A model generated the notes under the pieces. The model saw nothing but the letters and a program-made list of their open reading frames with translations. It had not been told where the DNA came from and searched no databases. From Tubulanus polymorphus (taxonomy: Eukaryota > Animalia > Nemertea): DNA of 64,000 bases. Where the stretch lies: the NCBI RefSeq assembly GCF_964204645.1, contig NC_134030.1, forward strand, positions 16,120,110 to 16,184,109, written 5' to 3'. This document shows positions 1 to 10,000 of the stretch, one piece after another. The translations under genes were made by a program, and so were the position numbers. Position 1 is the first letter of the stretch, and every line of letters starts with the position of its first letter.

Positions 1-27
1 ATTTCTATCATCTATCCATATGAGTTG

Positions 28-656
28 CATATGAGCTATCCACGTTCCCGTCTCGACCCGTTACTGTCTCGACCCGTTCCCGTCCCGACCCTACCGTACA
101 ATAGCGCCACCGCAGTCGATAATTTGAACTAAAACACTTCGGCGCGTATCGGATTCGTTTTTCGCATGTTATAAATGGTTGAAGAACGATCAGTGAAACA
201 TACCAACAATTCTAAAAAGTCAATTAGATTTTATAAAACTTTTCATTAAAAAGATCGAATGAAGAAAACGCCTCCAATGTCAACAGAGGTAAAAATTCAA
301 GATGCGAAGTTAGCAATTTCCAGTCGAGATTTCCTCCCAGAATATTACTGAAGTGGGTTTAAACTGTTTTCAAATGTAATGTTGAATAAATCATACGAGT
401 TTAATTATTTTGGTTTCAAGTTTCAAATGATATCAACTTTCGGCTTCAAATCTCTCAAAACTCAGTTCTAAAAATGACCCCTCTCGGCCGGGGGCATTTT
501 GTTTAGGGTACATTTTATTTTGCCATTAATCAGTTCGAATTCATCAAATTTATGAAGAAAATTAATGTATGAATTTTGCAAAAAAATAAAGATGATTGTT
601 AAATTTATAACGCGTTGTCTTTCTCTACCAGATCCCGTCGGTCTTTCTCCGATGGA
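28..656 (+). repeat. Left terminal inverted repeat, unique part
   Basis: Aligns in reverse complement with ~15110-15918, e.g. taccgtacaatagcgccaccgcagtcgat and cgaattcatcaaatttatgaagaaa; three 16-bp gttcccgtctcgaccc-type motifs at ~45-92. Confidence 0.9.
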
Positions 657-3600
657 CATGTTCCGGTCTCGACCCGTCACCTGTCTCTACTCTCTAGACA
701 GTCCCGTGGACGCTATGTTCCCGTCTCGACCCTTCACATCTGTCTCTACTCTCTACACAGTCCCGCGGACACTATGTTCCCGTCTCGACCCTTCAAATCT
801 GTCTCTACTCTCTACACAGTCCCGTGGACCCTATGTTCCCGTCTCGACCCCTCACATCTGTCTCTACTCTCTACACAGTCCCGTGGACCCTATGTTACTG
901 TCTCGACCCTTCACATCTATCTCTACTCTCTGCACAGTCCCGCGGACACTATGTTCCCGTCTCGACCCTTCAAATCTGTCTCTACTCTCTACACAGTCCC
1001 GCGGACACTATGTTCCCGTCTCGACCCTTCAAATCTGTCTCTACTCTCTAGACAGTCCCGTGGACGCTATGTTCCCGTCTCGACCCTTCACATCTATCTC
1101 TACTCTCTGCACAGTCCCGCGGACACTATGTTCCCGTCTCGACCCTTCAAATCTGTCTCTACTCTCTACACAGTCCCGCGGACACTATGTTCCCGTCTCG
1201 ACCCTTCAAATCTGTCTCTACTCTCTAGACAGTCCCGTGGACGCTATGTTCCCGTCTCGACCCTTCACATCTGTCTCTACTCTCTACACAGTCCCGCGGA
1301 CACTATGTTCCCGTCTCGACCCTTCACATCTGTCTCTACTCTCTACACAGTCCCGTGGACCCTATGTTACTGTCTCGACCCTTCACATCTATCTCTACTC
1401 TCTACACAGTCCCGTGGACGCAATGTTCCCGTCTCGACCCTTCAAAACTGTCTCTACCCTCTACACAGTCCCGCGGACACTATGTTCCCGTCTCGACCCT
1501 TCACATCTATCTCTACTCTCTACACAGTCCCGTGGACGCAATGTTCCCGTCTCGACCCTTCAAAACTGTCTCTACCCTCTACACAGTCCCGCGGACACTA
1601 TGTTCCCGTCTCGACCCTTCAAATCTGTCTCTACTCTCTACACAGTCCCGCGGACACTATGTTCCTGTCTCGACCCTTCAAATCTGTCTCTACTCTCTAC
1701 ACAGTCCCGTGGACACTATGTTCCCGTCTCGACCCTTCAAAACTGTCTCTACTCTCTACACAGTCCCGCGGACGCTATGTTCCCGTCTCGACCCTTCAAA
1801 ACTGTCTCTACCCTCTACACAGTCCCGCGGACACTATGTTCCCGTCTCGACCCTTCACATCTATCTCTACTCTCTACACAGTCCCGTGGACGCAATGTTC
1901 CCGTCTCGACCCTTCAAAACTGTCTCTACCCTCTACACAGTCCCGCGGACACTATGTTCCCGTCTCGACCCTTCAAATCTGTCTCTACTCTCTACACAGT
2001 CCCGCGGACACTATGTTCCCGTCTCGACCCTTCAAATCTGTCTCTACTCTCTACACAGTCCCGTGGACGCTATGTTCCCGTCTCGACCCTTCACATCTAT
2101 CTCTACTCTCTACACAGTCCCGTGGACCCTATGTTCCCGTCTCGACCCTTCAAAACTGTCTCTACTCTCTACACAGTCCCGTGGACCCTATGTTCCCGTC
2201 TCGACCCCTCACATCTGTCTCTACTCTCTACACAGTCCCGTGGACGCTATGTTCCCGTCTCGACCCTTCAAATCTGTCTCTACTCTCTACACAGTCCCGT
2301 GGACCCTATGTTCCCGTCTCGACCCTTCACATCTATCTCTACTCTCTACACAGTCCCGTGGACGCAATGTTCCCGTCTCGACCCTTCAAAACTGTCTCTA
2401 CTCTCTCAACAGTACCGTGGACGCTATGTTCCTGTCTCGACCCTTCACATCTATCTCTACTCTCTACACAGTCCCGTGGACCCTATGTTCGCGTCTCGAC
2501 CCTTCAAATCTGTCTCTACTCTCTACACAGTCCCGTGGACCCTATGTTCCCGTCTCGACCCTTCAAAACTGTCTCTACTCTCTCAACAGTCCCGTGGACC
2601 CTATGTTCCCGTCTCGACCCTTCAAACCTGTCTCTACTCTCTACACAGTCCCGTGGACCCTATGTTACTGTCTCGACCCTTCACATCTATCTCTACTCTC
2701 TACACAGTCCCGTGGACGCAATGTTCCCGTCTTGACCCTTCAAAACTGTCTCTACTCTCTCAACAGTCCCGTGGACCCTATGTTCCCGTCTCGACCCTTC
2801 AAATCTGTCTCTACTCTCTACACAGTCCCGTGAACGTTATGTTCCCGTCTCGACCCTTCAAAACTGTCTCTACCCTCTACACAGTCCCGCGGACACTATG
2901 TTCCCGTCTCGACCCTTCACATCTATCTCTACTCTCTACACAGTCCCGTGGACGCAATGTTCCCGTCTCGACCCTTCAAAACTGTCTCTACCCTCTACAC
3001 AGTCCCGCGGACACTATGTTCCCGTCTCGACCCTTCAAATCTGTCTCTACTCTCTACACAGTCCCGTGGACCCTATGTTCCCGTCTCGACCCTTCAAAAC
3101 TGTCTCTACTCTCTCAACAGTCCCGTGGACGCAATGTTCCCGTCTCGACCCTTCAAAACTGTCTCTACCCTCTACACAGTCCCGCGGACACTATGTTCCC
3201 GTCTCGACCCTTCAAATCTGTCTCTACTCTCTACACAGTCCCGTGGACCCTATGTTCCCGTCTCGACCCTTCAAAACTGTCTCTACTCTCTCAACAGTCC
3301 CGTGGACCCTATGTTCCCGTCTCGACCCTTCAAACCTGTCTCTACTCTCTACACAGTCCCGTGGACCCTATGTTACTGTCTCGACCCTTCACATCTATCT
3401 CTACTCTCTACACAGTCCCGTGGACGCAATGTTCCCGTCTTGACCCTTCAAAACTGTCTCTACTCTCTCAACAGTCCCGTGGACCCTATGTTCCCGTCTC
3501 GACCCTTCAAATCTGTCTCTACTCTCTACACAGTCCCGTGAACGCTATGTTCCCGTCTCGACCCTTCAAATCTGTCTCTACTCTCTACACAGTCCCGCGG

Positions 3601-3660
3601 ACGCTATGTTCCCGTCTCGACCCTTCAAATCTGTCTCTTCTCTCTACACAGTCTCATGGA
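657..3660 (+). repeat. 59-bp tandem array, ~51 units, left arm
   Basis: Unit gttcccgtctcgacccttcaaatctgtctctactctctacacagtcccgtggaccctat; register shifts 1 base per 60-base line, giving period 59. Confidence 0.97.
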
Positions 3661-4048
3661 TATGTTCGTGTCTAGAGCCTTCACATCCGTTTGAAGACAG
3701 TTTGTGGGACACCCTGACATATCTAATCGGTTTGTAATATTTCCAGTCAGTGGGACGAACCTTTTTAAAAAATGGAAATGAATATTACAGGTGGTCAAAT
3801 ATTTATTGATTAAAATCATGAAAAATCTACAAAATCGATGCTGACATGCTGAATACTGATACATCTACACATAAGGCAAATTTCTACAAATTTAGTGCAA
3901 TTCTCAGGAATACGTATGTACTAAACACATTAACATGCAAACTCATTAAAATGAACGCAAGGAACCAAATTATTACAACCGAGAGTTGTCATATTGGCCG
4001 AAATTCTAGGTTTTTGATAACCAATAAATCGGTATATCAGAAGTATAA

Positions 4049-7000
4049 CTAGGCTCCACTGTTTCTTGGCTGAATCCCGTGGTCTTCAATACGAAAGGCT
4101 TTCATTCTCATCTGAATTTCTTTATCATTTCTGCCTGTTGTAGCCCGACAAATCGTGAATGACAAATCATAACTTATATCGAAATATCTTGATACAAGAT
4201 AACACACAGCCTCCATCTTTATGGCTTCAATAAACCTGTGTCCACTAAAAATGTAACGACATGAAAAAACTGTTGATTATAGTATATGCATGAAACGCAT
4301 ACTGTAAGAGCAAGTGAGGTTTTACGTATGGGACTCGACCTTACCTTATCCAGTCTTTCAGAATGTACGATATGATTTTATTCGGTGCCATAAATGGAAT
4401 GCGTACCGGTGGGTACTGTATATACATACTTAAAAAAAGGAAATTAAAATAGCAACAAATCATTGATATCGAATCATGATAGTGATCTTTTGTGATGGTG
4501 CAGCGAATCATATTCTTGGTGTACCGTACCTTGGGTGTAGATAAATCTTTTTGCATATTGCTTGCGTGGCCCAAACATAGATGAAGTTAAGAGCACTTAA
4601 ACGAATAACCATTACACCGTGTCCTTTGCTTGATAGTGGTTCAGGACGTATATATTTTTGGACAAGCCTGGAAAATAATAAAATATTATTATTCGAATTC
4701 AAAGTGGGCCTATACAAAATGTCGTGTGCGATGTAACTTTGACTTTACTTTATAAGGAAACATTAGTATGTAAATTAATAAAATTAGTGATAAATTTGTG
4801 TAATAAGCATCACAGAATTATCAAAACTTAGCGAATATTTGATATTTTCGGATGGTTTTCAGCATGTACAAGTACTGCCGTACCGTACATATAATATGCT
4901 TTCATCTTAAGAGCAATTAAAAGTCACAATTGCAAGCAGAATATAAATCAAAGCTTACAAACACTGTTCTTGAGTCAATGTATTTGTTATATATCGGTTG
5001 AGGTCATCAAGCTGTAAAAAATGAAAATACTGTACATCAAAATAGATTCACATGGGCACATTTACAATCAATCCGTCGTTGGCAAGATTAAGCTGAAAGC
5101 CACCAAGGCTCTTTTGCCTTTTAGGATATATATGAAACTGACGTGAGATCTATTTGTTACTTGAATAGCATGCTTTACGCAAGTTGAAAATAAAATTCTT
5201 ACAATTGCGCGCCGTTTTTCCAATAAATACTTGAGAGGGACTTGGCGACCATCATCGTTTTCTGAAGTGTCTGGTTCAATTTTCTGAAAGCACGCCCCAC
5301 AGATCATGTAGTCAGGAAACCTTAAAAAATACATATATTTTCACATGGGGTGGTGAGTGATAAAGTTTTGCTCACTAACTCTCATATCCTACACCCACCT
5401 TATCTCAAGTTCTTTGCAACAGATACATTTTTTCTCATTTCCATCTTTAAACAATGCATCCTAAAATTCGATATTATTCAAGACATAGCAAAAAGCAAAC
5501 AGATTCAACTGGCACTGAAATCTGTTTTGCGAGGCCCATCGAATAAAATCAACAAGAACACAAAAGCCGATTAGTCCAAAAAAAAACTTGAATTACCTCC
5601 CATGTTCTTCGCAACTTCTCAATTTGGCACATGGGACAACGGTAAGAATAATTGAACGTGTAGTCATCCGAATTTCCACCTATACACTCTGGGTGTATGG
5701 CCCAGTTGCAATTAAATCCATTGCAAACTATCACTTTCTTACTACAAAAACAAAAAGATTTTTGGTGTCCTTTACAAACCCACCATACCTGATGGGAGCG
5801 AAGTTTTAACTGAATGCGAAACTCACCATTTATTTGAACAGAAACAAAAGATCTTCCGTTTTCCACCTAACTCACTAACATCTTTTAATCTGCAAACTGG
5901 AACCTAAAACAAAGTGTGCTATTTTTCATTTATCATGGACTTAACCCAACATTAACGCATATATTGTAAATAACAAACCTGACGAGCTCTTGTTACTGCA
6001 AGCCCCCGAATTGTTTTCTAAAATATTGGATATCAAATTTTGATTGATGCAAGGCATAAATAATCAATCACTTCGAAATAGAAGATTCACTACATAGATC
6101 CTTTTCGACGTTTGATACAAAAATACAATAATCTAGGATAAGCTGCAAAGGTAAATACGTATAAAAGTATGATTTATAGGAGATCCAGTTACAGGGTTTC
6201 CAGTTAAAATTTGATTCTAGACTTAATACAATTCAAATCAACTAAAGGGCTAAATAACTGTGGAACCGGTCATTTGTTTTTTCCAAGTACCATTCTTTTA
6301 CTGCTGATACATTTCTCACAAGTGAAACCAATTCGTTCTGCCTCCTGTTGCGACAAGTCACCAAGTCCTATACATACAGGATGGTACCACTCAACGCACC
6401 TTTCGCATGCGATGTATAAGCTACAAAATATCAAATATCTAATGTAATTCGGAATTATAATAATCTTATTAGAGCTATGTATGTAATCATGATACACTAA
6501 CCCTCCTGTATCGATTTTTTTACAAATACAATATTTCGCAGCTGACTGTGGCAATTCATAGAAAAAACTGCTGCGTCGTCTTGTCTGAAAAAGTGCATTT
6601 GATATTTTCAATTATCTGCATTCTACGTTAAACTAAACTTCTTCAACCTGCTACCACCGGTACCATACCTTCTTTGGATTTTCTCGGAGCTTCACCGTGG
6701 TTCTCGTTTCCAAGACCTGTCTTTGCTATAAAAAAGTGACATGACATACAATTTTTAACGAGCACAAAGACACCATTCCTTAATTTTGATACATATCAGG
6801 AATGCATGAAAAAAATACTTGTAGAGAATGCACCTCAAAAAAAAGTTCATCGCGCGTAGACATTTCTGGTGTTGGGTCATTCACCTATAAATCAAAGAGA
6901 TCACATGAAATTAGTGAAACCTACATGCTGTTTGAATATGGCTCAGATAACTAAGATATACCTCATATATTATATTTTCCTCGCCTATTTGCTGTTCGCG

Positions 7001-10000
7001 TTCATCGCGAGTAGACATTTCTGGTGTTGGGTCATTCAGCTATAAATATAAAAGTAAGTAGAAACTGTAAATTAGTAAAACTTTATCCTCACATTTTCAA
7101 CTAATGTTGTTACTTCATATTTTCATATGGCCTACCTCTAATGATGTTGCTGGGCAAGAGGCATTGGTCACAGAATATATAGCTCCATTGCTGCTTTGAT
7201 TTTTCAGATAATCTAGTCCTCGGAAGAGATCAAGATCGATAGGCAGGGGCTGACTGGAGTCAATCAGACGGAAAGTATTGTCATTAAACTCCAGTACCAA
7301 CCAGTGGTCTGTATCACTGGGCTTAATAATCATCTTTCTTTTCAAGGATGTTTGCAAAAATGCACTTGTCAACAGTTCAGTCAATTCTTCATAGGTCCTT
7401 GAGTTTTTTACACCTGATACAATGTTCAGAACTTGAAACCCACGTTGCTCTAGACATTCCATGATCACATCCATCGAATAAAATCCCTCTCTATCCCTCA
7501 GGGCAGATATCATGCAGGTTGGGCCAATTCCTGGATTTTGCAACTGCCTAATCCACATTTCGTCTGATACACGATCCATATCATATACTGAAACACTGAA
7601 CGAGCCATCTTCATCTGATCCAATCGCATTATTGACCGCACAGAGTCCGCAGTAGTTGGTGGATCCTTGGATCTGCATAAAATCTCCTCGTTGAGTTTTC
7701 ACTGATTTCACTTCAGCATGTCTGTTTGGTAATGCTGTTTGACCAATAACTTGAGCCGCGTATCTGAGGTTGCTGTGGGCTGCAAGCAGTTCATCACCAT
7801 TTAGATTATCGAAGTCAAGGTTTCGGAAAATATCACTGACATCCGAATTTAGAACTGCACGTAGATATGATGTACATTCGCTTCTCTGTCGATCACTATT
7901 ATGACTGACTTTGGGTACAAAGGAAGACGATGTAGTATTTTCTGTATGACGTGAAATATTTGGAACAGAATTCGATGAGTTCGGGAAACTTTCGTTGCCG
8001 TGGAGAGAAGCATCGAGTCCACGCGTCATATCGCGAACAAACGCCCGTCCAAACTGATCTCGATCAAGCATGTCATTGCCTAGGTTTTCTCTAAGTTTAT
8101 TTACGAGGGCATTGTTTATTTCTTCATTTCTCAAGTGCGAAGCGAGCCGGAAAACAAACATGTGAGTCGCCGGATTCATATTGTTGAGGAAATGAAGATT
8201 CTTTTTTCGGTTACTGAATTCCTGCTCAACCCGCTGACTGTCAATTAAACCTCCAACATTATCCAAAAGAGATATCCTCCGTAAAATCTCAACAGGACTC
8301 TTACAGTTTTCTTGATGAAACCAATCGTACAGGATGTAGTGGTGAGATGAACGTGTTATTGGATGATCCTCATTTCCTATAGGTTCTGTGTTTGGTTCAT
8401 AAATATATTTCAAGAATGTGGCCTCAAACGTGATTTGTCTTGTCTTTGCTTGCGCAATATTTTCATCGGAACTCTCTGCTAATCGACCATCGTGGGGTCG
8501 ATACATATCACCATATCTGGAATTGGCAAACCTCGCCACAAGGTGAGCACTGTCACAGATAGATATTGTTGGTCGATGTTTCAGTGATCTCTCCAAGTCA
8601 ACGTAGTCGCGAGGACTTTCACCCCGAAAATTGTTCTTTATGCAATATGTTACACCGTGGTCGCAACATCCAACTGCCCAGCCACCTTTCAGAAAAAAAA
8701 AACGCAAAATAATGCTATGTTTATGCGATTTTTGCGATGACAATGCGCGCGAGTGCGCGGTGTGTTCCTTACCGGTATGGCCAAAAATATCTTCATATAG
8801 GCTGTCGAACTTTGACCGAGACATCGACATACTTCTGAGGCGTAGAATCATGTCATTCGTAGACCCCTTGGAATCTACTTTCGCCTTCTTACAAAACTTT
8901 CTGATTTCCTTTACCTGCATCACAATGCGATTTATATAACGTATAGGACCTACCATTGTGTTAGTACTGACTAGTACATCATTTTACTTTCACAAAAGTG
9001 GAAGGTTTTACATATGCAATGCATAAAATGTGTACCTTCTCATTTTTCAGGAGATGCTCCAAAGTATCAGGATGGATAGGCTCAACTCCTTCAGAACCAC
9101 TATCTGTCGAGCACTTTTCAAATTCAGTGTTTATCAGAATTTCTGACTTTCTGGTATATTTCCCAATCCAAGGACTCCAGCATTCAAATGAAGGCCTCAC
9201 AACATGTTCTACAAAAATTGAATACGTTTATCAAAAAACTTTTGAAACCGCATTTCACACACATGATCTGCCAGATGAAAATTTTATACATAATTAACAT
9301 GATGTTGGATTTGAGTTTCTACCTTTATGGCATTTCGATCCTTTGCTCACTATTTCCTTTTCGATATCATTCCAGAAAGAAACGCAGTCGACTTCCTCGT
9401 TCAAAGATACTGGTGGCGCCAAATCTGAAACTGAAATAAGAGATAATTCATTCACAGTTCTATCTTATATAGACTAGATATAATGTATATCCCTATGGGA
9501 GGGGGTGCGTGTACACCCTCCTAAAATTGCCAAGCTTCTTTGTGATTTGGGAAAATAAATATTAAGCTGATACCTAAGAAAGTTTAAATTCGTCTCTTGT
9601 TCTCTGTATTTCCAAGAATGAGTTAACGTTTTCCGAGGAGGTTTTTTCGGGGTGTCTCGTAATTATATGATATGCCCTATTTTGGGGGTTCACCCTACCT
9701 GAGTCAGACCCTGGATTTCCTTGATCAAACTGAAACTAATACACAGAATACACAGAATACGCAGAACAGTCATAGACTCACGGTTGTAACGAAAACAGGC
9801 TTTTCGGAATGTATCCCATATCAATATGGGTGGGTAGTATCCACAGGATATGCAATAGAAGTCATAGCTATGACTTGTCATAGCTTCATAGTGGAGATAC
9901 CCTTGCTGTAACGAGTTTAAAGGTATTTGCTCTCCTGATAGAGACGTCAGAATATTAATTGAGGTTTGTATAGCCACGTGATTCTGAAAATACAAGCAAA

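Noticed and set aside
657-3660. CRISPR array
   Set aside because: Units are contiguous near-identical repeats with no unique spacers; no cas genes; eukaryotic context.
565-3675. 1036-aa and overlapping long ORFs in all three plus frames
   Set aside because: Artefact of a stop-free 59-bp unit; all frames give the same permuted peptide.
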